Shown: piece by piece, positions 1 to 9,609 of the stretch
How the letters are laid out: each line of letters begins with the position of its first letter
Position numbering within the stretch: position 1 is the stretch's first letter
IMG/VR virus record: IMGVR_UViG_2617270876_000003
Span: 1-64,000 of that record
Source of the DNA: a virus
Lineage: Duplodnaviria > Caudoviricetes
Direction: 5' to 3' (one strand)
Length of the DNA stretch: 64,000 bases
Notes under the pieces: model-generated
Databases searched by the model: none
What the model was told of the DNA's origin: nothing
Seen by the model: only the letters and a program-made list of their open reading frames with translations
Position numbers and translations under genes: made by a program

Positions 1-96
1 ATGTATGGAAAAATGCACAGTGCGTGCCTGTACGGAATTGAGGGCGTAATGATCGGCGTTGAAGTGGACCTCGCAAACGGCTTGCCGCAGACTAAC
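1..96 (+). pseudogene. comM: 5' fragment of host YifB/ComM Mg-chelatase-like AAA+ ATPase gene, interrupted by the prophage
   Basis: MYGKMHSACLYGIEGVMIGVEVDLANGLPQTN matches the YifB/ComM N-terminus (GxxGxxIxVEVDxxNGLP). The expected IxGLPD continuation is missing and GC content drops sharply soon after. Confidence 0.85.
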
Positions 97-104
97 GTCT
101 GGGG
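85..104. other. attL recombination junction (candidate central dinucleotide AA at 94-95)
   Basis: Imperfect inverted repeat CCGCAGAC-TAAC-GTCTGGGG where ComM similarity stops, about 100 bp from the 3' end of a serine recombinase gene. Confidence 0.6.
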
Positions 105-128
105 ATACATTGTCCGGAAAATAGATAT

Positions 129-180
129 AATAAAACCATCCAAAGACCAATATTTCTATCAGTTTTTGGATGGTTTTATT
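129..180 (-). terminator. Hairpin downstream of the integrase (probable intrinsic terminator)
   Basis: AATAAAACCATCCAAA (129-144) ... TTTGGATGGTTTTATT (165-180), a 16-bp inverted repeat. Confidence 0.6.
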
Positions 181-202
181 ATAATTTCAAAAGTATTTAT
201 TG

Positions 203-1831
203 TTATTGAAAATCATGCATAATACCAGCAATATTTTCAAATACCTTAAATCTGATTTCTAAATGAGCTTTTTTGTTATTATCTTTATCTCGATGAACCC
301 GTATGTTGCTTATCTGATCTTTTATTTCATGAACAGTATATTTATCTTTTATTTCAAGATTACTTAAGTCAGTTACTGTATTCTTTAAGCGAAGTATTTC
401 TTCTTCTAGTTGATTATTATCCATTGATTTCTCTTTAATTTCAATAATTAATTTACTAACTTTCTCATCGATTTCTCTTTGCAGTGTATTTAAATAATCC
501 TCATCAATATTCCCTTTAACAAATAGAACTGCCAATCTATTGTTTTCTTCATTTAATAGCTTTAATTCTTCCCTTAAATTTTCTACCTCTTTTACACTTT
601 GCTGATTCATCCTTTTTTTGATTTCGGTTATTTCATCTTCGATCTTTTCTATATTTTTATTTTTATCTTTTAATATTGCATCATAAAATTTCCCGTCTGC
701 CAGCACTCTAATAGTTTCTTCGATTTGTTTAAGTGATACATTAATGTTTTGACAATACTTCCGACCCTTATATTTTTTGGTTCTGCAATTATAAAAATCG
801 TAACCGGTTCTTGCTTCTCTATTTTTAGTATAATTGCAGCCACAACTACCACATACTATCAAACCGGAATATTCACTTAGTCCATTATAAATACCAACAC
901 GTTGTTTATAGTGAAGTTTACTTCTTCTAATTTCAATTGATTTTGCAAGTAATTCCGGTTCTATTATTTGAGGAATTCTATCTTTGGTAATAAGCCACTC
1001 AGATTTTGGTTTATATGTTGCATAACTCTTAGATGTGAATACCTTTGGTGAATCCATTTTGTTTCTAACTAAATCACCAGTGTAGGCAACATTTTCAAGT
1101 ATGCGTTTAATAGATTGTGGAACAAAAGACTTTCCGCGTCTTGTGAATATATTATTATCGTTAAGATGCTTTATGATTTTTCTAAAACCGTAATTATGAT
1201 TTACATATAAATCAAAAATTAATCTAATGTTGGTAGCTTCTTCTTCAATAATTTCTAAGGTGTTTGTGTCTTTAATATACTTATAGCCGTAAAAGTTATC
1301 CGTAGTATGAATTACTCCCTTTTCAGCCCCCATCTTTTTTCCCCACAGAACCTTCTGCGACCTATCCTTAGATTCATTTTCAGCAGCAAGTAAAAAAAAT
1401 CCGATTATCATATCGTTTGTCATTTGTTCTGTAGATAATCCAAGAGAAACAAAATCTATATGTACATTTTTTTCCCTTAGTTTAGTAACGAGTTCAAGCC
1501 CTTCTGAAGCATTTCTTGAAAATCTCGATACATCTTTTATTAATATCCGTCTAAATCTAGGCTCTCTGTTGCTAACGTATGCCTTGATTTCTTTTCTATG
1601 AATCTCAATGTCTAAACCAGCATCTGCAAGCATCTCTTTAAAATACTCTCTTTTTTTCCAACTGGTTGCTGAAAGCCCTTGATCAGCATAGATACGGTAA
1701 AGTTCATACTTACCACTTTTCTCTGTTTTTTCTTCAAAATAGTAAGTTTGATTATCTAGTGAGTTTAGTTGGCTTTCATGTTCTGTGCTAACCCTACAAT
1801 ATGCACAAACTGGTATTTTTTCAGTTATCAA
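203..1831 (-). CDS. Large serine recombinase (prophage integrase)
   Basis: YCRVST catalytic motif, DQGLSAT, KDVSRFSR, recombinase domain, zinc ribbon (CGSCG...YNC...YC) and coiled coil; RBS AAGGAGGAG. Confidence 0.95.
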   Translation of the reverse strand: MITEKIPVCAYCRVSTEHESQLNSLDNQTYYFEEKTEKSGKYELYRIYADQGLSATSWKKREYFKEMLADAGLDIEIHRKEIKAYVSNREPRFRRILIKDVSRFSRNASEGLELVTKLREKNVHIDFVSLGLSTEQMTNDMIIGFFLLAAENESKDRSQKVLWGKKMGAEKGVIHTTDNFYGYKYIKDTNTLEIIEEEATNIRLIFDLYVNHNYGFRKIIKHLNDNNIFTRRGKSFVPQSIKRILENVAYTGDLVRNKMDSPKVFTSKSYATYKPKSEWLITKDRIPQIIEPELLAKSIEIRRSKLHYKQRVGIYNGLSEYSGLIVCGSCGCNYTKNREARTGYDFYNCRTKKYKGRKYCQNINVSLKQIEETIRVLADGKFYDAILKDKNKNIEKIEDEITEIKKRMNQQSVKEVENLREELKLLNEENNRLAVLFVKGNIDEDYLNTLQREIDEKVSKLIIEIKEKSMDNNQLEEEILRLKNTVTDLSNLEIKDKYTVHEIKDQISNIRVHRDKDNNKKAHLEIRFKVFENIAGIMHDFQ

Positions 1832-1889
1832 CCCAAGCTCCTCCTTTTATTTATTTTCACTTTTAATTATATATGATAAATATAAATAA

Positions 1890-1911
1890 AACCAGTCTAA
1901 TTAGACTGGTT
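1890..1911 (-). terminator. Perfect 22-bp palindrome between the late replication genes and the integrase (terminator or operator)
   Basis: AACCAGTCTAATTAGACTGGTT followed by a T-rich tract on the minus strand. Confidence 0.55.
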
Positions 1912-2061
1912 CGTAGTTTTATAGTAATATGTATCCACTGTTCCTACTACTGAAAAAGAAAATATGTCTTTTTTATTTTGCTTGATAGAGTTATTTAATT
2001 TATTCGGTTCTGCGTCAAATATTGTTTTCTCATTAATGAAATTCATTTTATTTTTTTTCAT
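1897..2061 (-). CDS. 54-aa ORF below the ORF-track cutoff; candidate recombination directionality factor
   Basis: Hand translation MKKNKMNFINEKTIFDAEPNKLNNSIKQNKKDIFSFSVVGTVDTYYYKTTNQSN*; directly upstream of the integrase. Function is inferred from position and size only. Confidence 0.45.
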   Translation of the reverse strand: MKKNKMNFINEKTIFDAEPNKLNNSIKQNKKDIFSFSVVGTVDTYYYKTTNQSN

Positions 2062-2066
2062 ATGTA

Positions 2067-2627
2067 TTAGTTGCCCTCATCTTTCTTCTTATTAGACCTC
2101 TTCCTAATTGCCTTCTTCTTAATCTCCGTCTTATTCCATTCAATCAAATTGTTCTTAATCAAATATGTAAGAGCAATAGCAAATGAATCTGATTCATCTT
2201 CATTGGCAAACTCAACTTCTGGATAAACTTTATGTATTGTTTCTTGAACATATTTTTTTGTTGCGTCACCACGACAAATACTTTCCTTCACACTTTTTGG
2301 AGGATAGTATGTTTGTGGGTAGTTATAGAATAGATAATTAATTAAACCATGCACCCTAAAGATTACTTGTGTTGCAGTATTAAAACGGCTATAACCGCGT
2401 TCAATTGCAACTTCACAAGGTGGATATAGTTTACCTATTTTTATTATTTCGTCTGCCATGTATTTAAGTTTCTGCCCATGTGTCGCTGATTTTTTGAGGT
2501 GTGAAGTTGAAATACTTGTAACTAACACAGGTGTTCGCAAATCTAAATCAAAAATTGTTAACCCGGTGGATTCCATAGACAGATCGAAAGCATAAAGGTA
2601 ATGTTTGAACTCTTTGTTTACAACCAT
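2067..2627 (-). CDS. ruvC: RuvC-like Holliday junction resolvase
   Basis: AFDLSMESTG, VAIE, YYPPKSVK..GDATKK and DESDSFAIA RuvC motifs. Confidence 0.85.
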   Translation of the reverse strand: MVVNKEFKHYLYAFDLSMESTGLTIFDLDLRTPVLVTSISTSHLKKSATHGQKLKYMADEIIKIGKLYPPCEVAIERGYSRFNTATQVIFRVHGLINYLFYNYPQTYYPPKSVKESICRGDATKKYVQETIHKVYPEVEFANEDESDSFAIALTYLIKNNLIEWNKTEIKKKAIRKRSNKKKDEGN

Positions 2628-2821
2628 TGCTTCATCGTTTCCAATCGTTCGTCCATTGCTTTTGTTTCAAACTCAACCAATTCTTTATATTTACCTTTTT
2701 TAATGAAGCCTCTCTTCTCGTACAATTCGATTCGTTTAAGCATATGTATTTTCAATTCTTCTACCAGTGCCATATTATGTCCAACTAAATTCAAACTCTC
2801 ACTCCTCAATAATTTCATCAA
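2618..2821 (-). CDS. Hypothetical phage protein
   Basis: ORF in the operon, overlapping both neighbours. Confidence 0.55.
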   Translation of the reverse strand: MMKLLRSESLNLVGHNMALVEELKIHMLKRIELYEKRGFIKKGKYKELVEFETKAMDERLETMKQWL

Positions 2822-3041
2822 TTGTCATTGTTCTTGCATCAACTGCTTTTTTAATACATGAGCAATCATCGTGTACGCATACACCGTTTAAAATATCTAA
2901 AATCTCCTTCGCCATGACCTCATCAATAGATACAGCTTCACCACATCCAGCACAAGTTGAATAAATCCTCACCTCCTTTTCTTGTGCGTCTGGAAAGCGG
3001 TAGTTGTGGTAATCAGAAGTGAATCGTTCAAGGCTTGTCAT
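2799..3041 (-). CDS. Small putative zinc-binding protein
   Basis: CAGCG ... CVHDDCSC pattern. Confidence 0.6.
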   Translation of the reverse strand: MTSLERFTSDYHNYRFPDAQEKEVRIYSTCAGCGEAVSIDEVMAKEILDILNGVCVHDDCSCIKKAVDARTMTIDEIIEE

Positions 3042-3086
3042 AATACTGATACCCGTTTATTTTTATTTAATAAAACTTCCATTTCA

Positions 3087-6000
3087 TCATTCCTTTGAAG
3101 GTTCTTTGGTTTTGTATTTGGTATAGCGAGTAATCCAATAATCAGTTTGATCTGTTGGCTTAAAACCTCCAGTGCCGTCAGGGACTTGCCTAGGCTTCTT
3201 CATAAACTCTGTAATTTCAATCATGTCGCCTTTATCAATCTTCAGAGATTTATCCTTAGTGTTAAATGTTTTCTTGTCCATTTTGAACATTTGTTCTTTA
3301 CCACTTTTGAGATTATATAGCTTTAGTTTTGGACTGTACTTGATGTCTAGATCTGTTACAACACACCAACCAGAATCAATGTTTGGATATGTGATGTCGG
3401 CATAGCCCATCAATTCTTTACGCAGCATAACTTCTTCGTTAGGTAGCAAAGGTTCAATTGGATTTGATCGAATTTCTTGTTCGATATTTTTTAATTCTTC
3501 AATTCGTTTAATTTTTGTCTTCTCAACATAAGTCTTTTTGTATTGACTTTTCCCATTAGAAAATTCTTCGTAAACTTTTAAGAGCGTTCCGTTATTACCA
3601 AACTTCGAAAAGAAATCGAGACGTATTAAGATGTCGAGTTGCCTTGTATTAACCGATGTGTCTTGAGTTATATTGACCAACAAATCAACAAAACTCTCAT
3701 ATGTATTTTTGCTTAATTCAAGTAGTTCTTCGGCAATTTTGGTATTCAGATACTTGATTGACTCAAGTCCCTTATAAATCGTGTTGTCTTGTTCGTTGTA
3801 AGAATATGATGCCGTAGACTTGCCAAATCGGATAGATGAGATTTCAATGCCTCTCGTTTTTGTATAATTAATAATTGCTCCGGTTTTATCGATATCATCT
3901 TTGTTGATGTTGAGCATAACAGTTAAGAAGGCTAGTGGGTAGTAATATCTTAGATATCCATTACCGTACCCGATATGTGAGTATGGGTTGGAGTGGTTAT
4001 CGGAAAATCCGTATCGTTGGGCATCATCAATTACCTGAAGGAATGGCTCAAGCACTGATAATGCAGATTCTTCGGTTTCGTTATATTCATTAATCATTTT
4101 ATTTACAAACCGTTTTCTAATCTCGGGTAGAAACTTTTCAGTACCTTCCTTTTTCGATAATCCACGACGAACCGAATCGCTCTCAGCCATAGAGAAATCG
4201 CAGAACTCTACGAGAAAATTCATGATTTGTTCTTGGTAGACTAGATAGCCTAACGTATTCTTTAAGAATTCACTGAGCGCCTTGTGTCCGTGATCTTTAA
4301 AAATACCATTTGCCAAAGCTTGTCTATAAGAGTCTCCAGATGGACGAATCGCTCCATTGCCGATTGAAAACAGTTCAATATAACTAAAACTAGGATACTG
4401 CTGCTTAATTCTATTAATCGTCTCAGGACTAAGCAAGTCTTTCAGGTATGCTTGAGCAGAAACACTTTCCCATTGAAATATTCCTAAACCAGAGTCTCTA
4501 ATCGAATTCCACACTTTTTCATCATTTACGTCCATATTATCTGGAACTAATCTTTCGATTCCAGCAAGTTTGCAAGTTTCGTTAATGATTTCAATATTAT
4601 CTAGTCCAAGGATATCTAATTTAACATAGTTTAATCCGTCAAGTTCTTTCATGTTAATCTGGCTTACTGGGTATTTACTTTCTTTTGTGAAGCATAGCCC
4701 TACATTATCTTCAAGGTTGACTGGCGAAACAACATATCCAGATGGGTGCGAACCAATACTTACTATTACTCCTTTGACTAATTCAACGTATTTAAATAGT
4801 TCTGGATACATTTCTATGTATTTTGAGTCAATTACATCTTCTTTTTTCTCGTTTTTATACACTGATTTTGCAATTTGGTCTACAGTTGATAAATCCATGT
4901 TTAACGCTCGACCAACTTCTCTTATTGCTCCCTTAAGAGCTACAGTGTTAAAAGTAATAATTTCGCAAAAATAGATACCCGAGATAGTTGCAACATAATC
5001 AATAACTTCTTGCCGCTTAGATGGGGGCCAATCTTGGTCTATGTCAGCGAGCGAAATCCGTTCTGGATTAAGAAAGCGAAAGAAGTTTAATTTATGTTTT
5101 ATGCTGTCCATTTCAGTTATTTTTAAAAGGTAGGCTATAAGACTACCATTAACCGATCCTCTTCCGTATCCTTGGTAAATATCGTTACTATGTGCCCAAT
5201 CGACAACGTTTTTTTGAAGCAACATATAGTCAATTGCTCCAACTTTCTTATATGTATCAAACTCGTCCCTAATTCGCTGGAAATATTGCTGCTTTTTATC
5301 ATTATCAAACTTATGCAATCCTCTTTCAATTACGCCAATATTTATCTTTTCTTTAAATACTTTTTCTGAATCGTCATGCAGTTTAGGATACTTGGCTGTT
5401 TTGTCTAACTCAAATGGTTCAATCATATCAGCCATAACATTTGTATTATGTATTGCTTCAAGATAGGCACTTCTTGGTATGGCATTTTGTTCTTCAAACA
5501 TTTTGACTAGTTCGGGATGAGTCTTAAAAGTTAAATCAAAAGCATCTTCGTCTCCATATGTTGCCCCTTTAGCTTTCATAAGAATTGTTCTTGCTTGTGA
5601 ATGAGCCTGATTGAGCGCATGAGTATCGGTAGCTGCTATTAATGGAATACCAGTTGTTTTAGATAAATCGTATAAATGCTGATTAAAAATTTTTTGCTCT
5701 GGATGGGTGTGATATTGGATCTCGAAAAACATCCTGTGTTTATTCTTTACAAAGAAATCCATCAATTTGTTTAGCATTTGTTTGTTATCGTTTTTTATTG
5801 ATCTCCATAAAGGCGAAGCAAGACAAGCCGAAGTCATGATAATGTTGTCAGATGTATTGAATAGATCGTCAAATGACAGGCGAGGATTATAATACCTATG
5901 ACCATCGTCTTTGTTATTAGAGAGTGACGTAAGTCTGTTAAGTTCCTGCACACCATCCCAATTCCTACCGATCAACATGTAGTGGTAATTGTCGCGAATC

Positions 6001-6257
6001 AAACCTTTTTCTTTATCTATGTATTCTGTAAGATAAACTTCGTTGGCGTGAATATATTTCATATTCTTTTTCTCAAGAGTCTGTTTCTTTTTTACCCAGT
6101 TAAATATATTGCCATGCTCAGAAAAACATATAGTACTCATTTGCGCTTGCTCTGCCGCTTCTATGTATTGTTCAAACTTAGTTACCGAATCAACGCTCAT
6201 CGATGTACTTGGATTACTCAGATCAGAATGTAAATGATAAATAACGTAATTATCTAT
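3087..6257 (-). CDS. dnaE: DNA polymerase III alpha subunit (YorL-like); probable ATA start at 6257
   Basis: PHP domain (HLHSD, SEHG, TDTH), GRGS, RFLNPERISLADIDQD, GSHPSG, KLDILGL, YQEQIM. Confidence 0.95.
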   Translation of the reverse strand: MDNYVIYHLHSDLSNPSTSMSVDSVTKFEQYIEAAEQAQMSTICFSEHGNIFNWVKKKQTLEKKNMKYIHANEVYLTEYIDKEKGLIRDNYHYMLIGRNWDGVQELNRLTSLSNNKDDGHRYYNPRLSFDDLFNTSDNIIMTSACLASPLWRSIKNDNKQMLNKLMDFFVKNKHRMFFEIQYHTHPEQKIFNQHLYDLSKTTGIPLIAATDTHALNQAHSQARTILMKAKGATYGDEDAFDLTFKTHPELVKMFEEQNAIPRSAYLEAIHNTNVMADMIEPFELDKTAKYPKLHDDSEKVFKEKINIGVIERGLHKFDNDKKQQYFQRIRDEFDTYKKVGAIDYMLLQKNVVDWAHSNDIYQGYGRGSVNGSLIAYLLKITEMDSIKHKLNFFRFLNPERISLADIDQDWPPSKRQEVIDYVATISGIYFCEIITFNTVALKGAIREVGRALNMDLSTVDQIAKSVYKNEKKEDVIDSKYIEMYPELFKYVELVKGVIVSIGSHPSGYVVSPVNLEDNVGLCFTKESKYPVSQINMKELDGLNYVKLDILGLDNIEIINETCKLAGIERLVPDNMDVNDEKVWNSIRDSGLGIFQWESVSAQAYLKDLLSPETINRIKQQYPSFSYIELFSIGNGAIRPSGDSYRQALANGIFKDHGHKALSEFLKNTLGYLVYQEQIMNFLVEFCDFSMAESDSVRRGLSKKEGTEKFLPEIRKRFVNKMINEYNETEESALSVLEPFLQVIDDAQRYGFSDNHSNPYSHIGYGNGYLRYYYPLAFLTVMLNINKDDIDKTGAIINYTKTRGIEISSIRFGKSTASYSYNEQDNTIYKGLESIKYLNTKIAEELLELSKNTYESFVDLLVNITQDTSVNTRQLDILIRLDFFSKFGNNGTLLKVYEEFSNGKSQYKKTYVEKTKIKRIEELKNIEQEIRSNPIEPLLPNEEVMLRKELMGYADITYPNIDSGWCVVTDLDIKYSPKLKLYNLKSGKEQMFKMDKKTFNTKDKSLKIDKGDMIEITEFMKKPRQVPDGTGGFKPTDQTDYWITRYTKYKTKEPSKE

Positions 6258-6299
6258 TTGTATTATCTCCTTCCTCAAAAACTAAGTAAAATATTGAAT

Positions 6300-6737
6300 T
6301 TATCTTACAACAATACTTTTCTCTGCTTGTATACCAAACATTCCAACATAAGGAGCAATATTTTTCTCACTCATAACTTCACTGAGCAAAAGTTCCCATT
6401 CAGCAACCACATATTTTTGATATTCATGCTTATATTTAAAAATTGGAGTTGGTAAATAAACTCCCTCATTTTTAATATATATGAAACTTAGATTAAACAT
6501 GCTTACACCATTTAATTGAACATAGCCATAATGCATAATAAAATCATCTTTATAGAACACTGAATTATCTAGAAATGCAAAATCATTATAAAATGACAAT
6601 TCTTCGTCGTATGGGAAAAAGACACTTAATTCAATATTATTTGCATAAATGTATCTTTCACCTCCTGATGACACAGCTTTCACCCAATACGTTTCATCTG
6701 ATTCGGATAGTAATTTTAGAATTTCATTAACTCTCAC
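6300..6737 (-). CDS. Hypothetical protein
   Basis: 145-aa ORF co-oriented with dnaE. Confidence 0.6.
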   Translation of the reverse strand: MRVNEILKLLSESDETYWVKAVSSGGERYIYANNIELSVFFPYDEELSFYNDFAFLDNSVFYKDDFIMHYGYVQLNGVSMFNLSFIYIKNEGVYLPTPIFKYKHEYQKYVVAEWELLLSEVMSEKNIAPYVGMFGIQAEKSIVVR

Positions 6738-6781
6738 TTTCTTTCCCCATTTCCTTATAAGTTATATTTTATTTTTACCTT

Positions 6782-7164
6782 CTAAATTATCAGCTCTTCA
6801 TACTCTCCATTTGGCAATGAGTAATAAACAGCTTTCAAATCAAACTTCTTTATGTACTGTTGACATATCGGACATGGTTTAGAGTTCACTATGTTATTCC
6901 CCTTACTCCAACCAGCCACATATAGAACAGAGCCTCTAACTTGTTCTTCGCTTAATGAACAAAGCGCCATTAATTCAGCGTGACAACCCTTTTCTTCATA
7001 TAGTGGATCAATTAATCTACCCTTCTTGTTAGTGTTAACTCCAACATTGACCAATCTTCCTCCCTTAACAACACAAGCAGCATGTCGGTAGTTGTCAATT
7101 TGATGTTGATTTGCCTTTTTGATGCAATATTTTATCCAGCGTTTATTTTTACTTTTAACCCCAT
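6782..7164 (-). CDS. Zinc-dependent cytidine/dCMP deaminase-family protein; annotated-style start is out of frame
   Basis: HAE and SKPCPIC motifs. The frame stays open upstream (RHAACVVKGGRLVNVGVN), but the RBS-linked ATG at 7164 is shifted by one base. Confidence 0.75.
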
Positions 7165-7191
7165 TATTCGATTACTCCTCATATGTATTAA

Positions 7192-7207
7192 GTAGGCAAA
7201 AGCCTAC
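7192..7207 (-). terminator. Hairpin after parR
   Basis: GTAGGC-AAAA-GCCTAC immediately after the stop codon. Confidence 0.45.
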
Positions 7208-7208
7208 C

Positions 7209-7469
7209 TTAAAAGCCCATAATTAATTCATCAAGATTCGATTCGATTTCCTCATCTGATACATCAGTTTTTGTAAGCATAAAAGTTTCATTATTCTGAT
7301 TTTCTCTAACTTCAACGAACGTATAAGTTTTTGGTGTTGTGCCAAAAAGAAGGAGTCTCAAAGCATCTCTAACTACATCACTGTGATCATAATGTGGCGG
7401 AAGATTCATCATTCCTTCTTTAATATCTTCGTCTTTTCCTTTTCTTAATCTTGCTTTTACTACTTCCAT
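7209..7469 (-). CDS. Ribbon-helix-helix ParR-like adaptor
   Basis: VVKARL..KDEDI..SDVVRDALR RHH pattern with an acidic tail; overlaps the 3' end of parM. Confidence 0.7.
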   Translation of the reverse strand: MEVVKARLRKGKDEDIKEGMMNLPPHYDHSDVVRDALRLLLFGTTPKTYTFVEVRENQNNETFMLTKTDVSDEEIESNLDELIMGF

Positions 7470-8407
7470 AGCCTTTCACCCATCTTTCTGTATCCTCTGA
7501 CTTGTGAAAGTTGGTCTAAAAGAATCTTGTTCGGTAAATTAAGATGATGGATTATTTGATGTGCAGCACCTCCAGCAACAAGGTATAAATCGAAGTTAAT
7601 GTTAAGCCCATCGATTTCGTTTTGAATTTGATTTGCCAATGATTTAAATGCTTTTTCAATGAATGGTTTAATATTATATCCCTCGTATACACCACTCACA
7701 ACAAAAGGGTCTAATTCATATCGTGCTGGGGATTTTCCGATAGCTTTTTGTATGTAAGATTGTAGTAGTTTATAAGCATTATCTACGCCAAGCAATAAAG
7801 TTGTTGATTCCTTCATGGTTTCCATCTTGGAAAGCCCCAATAAATTCAAAGTAAAGAATCCTAAATCAATCACTAATATATTTTTCTTTGCTTCTGATAT
7901 TTTATCGAGTGTACCATCATCTTTTAACAAGTAATCCATTGCTATACCCTTACCCTGCGGTGTTAATTTAAGGTTTATAATTTTAGGATTAACATAGTAG
8001 GAACCTCTGTTCCCCTTCTTAATAGTATACTTATCTTTATCGTTTATTTTCATTAACGACTCTTCAAAGTGCTCTTTCTGTTTAAAATAAAACTTGATAG
8101 GCAACCCACTAATAACATTAGCTGCCGAATTTCCGATCAGATAGCCTAATGCAGTTTCAGTAATAGCACTCGATGTACTTGCTTCAGCCTTATTATCCTT
8201 CATTGTAAAGTATTTAATATCGCTCTGTCTTAGAGCAAGTTTTCCAACGAAGTATTGATCCTCTCCATAAATAAAGTCGTCAGGCTTAATGCTGTCATCA
8301 AAAAGTTCCTTGGACTCCCCAATGATAGATGGTTGAAGGTAAACGCGATTATTATATGAGCCTTTTGTCCATCCAAATCCCAAATCCAAAGCGCAAATAT
8401 TAGACAT
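7460..8407 (-). CDS. parM: ParM/StbA-family actin-like ATPase
   Basis: DLGFGWTK, SGLP, PQG, VIDLGFFT and AGGAA actin-fold motifs. Confidence 0.9.
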   Translation of the reverse strand: MSNICALDLGFGWTKGSYNNRVYLQPSIIGESKELFDDSIKPDDFIYGEDQYFVGKLALRQSDIKYFTMKDNKAEASTSSAITETALGYLIGNSAANVISGLPIKFYFKQKEHFEESLMKINDKDKYTIKKGNRGSYYVNPKIINLKLTPQGKGIAMDYLLKDDGTLDKISEAKKNILVIDLGFFTLNLLGLSKMETMKESTTLLLGVDNAYKLLQSYIQKAIGKSPARYELDPFVVSGVYEGYNIKPFIEKAFKSLANQIQNEIDGLNINFDLYLVAGGAAHQIIHHLNLPNKILLDQLSQVRGYRKMGERLWK

Positions 8408-8555
8408 GCTATAATCCCCCTTACTAAAATTGTTCCAGATTGGTACTTCTTGTGGTCTACTTGGGACACAATTTCTTATATAAGTGATTATAGCATATCG
8501 GTTTATTTATGTATATATTTATTTTTACTTTATTAATCCTTATAAAATGATTCAT

Positions 8556-8918
8556 TTAACGAGTCAACAATTCTGGGTTCTCATAGATATTGCCGATAAT
8601 CTCGCTCACTTCGATTTCCATTGCGTTCAAATGATCGTCTTCGTTATTGTTGGAGTCATGACAGTAGAATCCTGTTTGCTTATCATCCCATTTAATTTCC
8701 ATCGGTTGACCGTCATATGTATTTGAAGCAATAATGTCTCCAGTATAAGCCTTCTTACCATTAATATCTTTCTTCGTCGTATGGAACATTAGGTCAACTC
8801 TTTCGTAATCCACACCCTCGCCCCAACCAGTTACGGGTGACATGTCACTAAAGAAGATATCACTCCATTCGATCATTACTTGTTTTTCTTTATCCCAAGC
8901 CCTGCATTCTAAAATCAT
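8556..8918 (-). CDS. YopX-family protein
   Basis: RAWDKE..., KDINGKKAYTGDII, EIIGNIYENPELL. Confidence 0.9.
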   Translation of the reverse strand: MILECRAWDKEKQVMIEWSDIFFSDMSPVTGWGEGVDYERVDLMFHTTKKDINGKKAYTGDIIASNTYDGQPMEIKWDDKQTGFYCHDSNNNEDDHLNAMEIEVSEIIGNIYENPELLTR

Positions 8919-9317
8919 TTATGCACATCCCCATGTTTAATATAAAATGGTTCTACAGCTTTCATTGCTGTTTCTTTATCACATTTATTCTCTTCCATAT
9001 AAAAGCAAACGTCTCCCCAGAAACTATTTTCTTCTTCAGATTCATCGCAACACTTACAATGACACATAATAAGTTCTCCTCCTTTTGATAAAATCTGGAT
9101 TTTATACACTTATTTATCCCATGTATAGCAACACCCAGCAACCCAAATTATCCAAAATCCCAACCAAAATACTGTCTTACTCCATGCAACAATAGCATCA
9201 TATTTATTTGTTTTACTCTCGTTCATTAGGTAGACCCCTTTTTGTCTCAATATCGAGTTATATTTTTTAAAATATTCGAATACATTAAATCATCACTGTC
9301 AAAGGGAGCTGGTTGGT

Positions 9318-9569
9318 ATGATTATTGTTGTATCCTTAATTATTGCTCTATATTTATTCATCGGAATAAACGTAGCAGCTCAATTCAAAAAAATGGAGAA
9401 AAATAATTTAAAATATAAAGAAACTCATCAAACCGAAAAGTTTGAACAAGCTTTTCAAGTTGTCAAAACGAATAATGGGTTTTTAAAACTTATCCATAGC
9501 AATAAAATGATTAGCAATTTGATAAATATTCTGTTTTGGCCCATCAACATGAGAATAAAACTAAAATAA
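9318..9569 (+). CDS. Small membrane protein on the opposite strand (moron-like)
   Basis: RBS AAAGGGAG, N-terminal hydrophobic helix, C-terminal ILFWP. Confidence 0.65.
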   Translation: MIIVVSLIIALYLFIGINVAAQFKKMEKNNLKYKETHQTEKFEQAFQVVKTNNGFLKLIHSNKMISNLINILFWPINMRIKLK

Positions 9570-9609
9570 TAAAATTTGTGAATCGCTTTTCTTTTTTTAT
9601 TATGTATTT

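Noticed and set aside
97-222. C-terminal part of the 73-aa ORF at 1-222
   Set aside because: Read-through from the broken comM into phage att/terminator DNA; not a real protein.
3087-6278. Intein or intron in dnaE
   Set aside because: Length and motif order are continuous; no splicing motifs seen.
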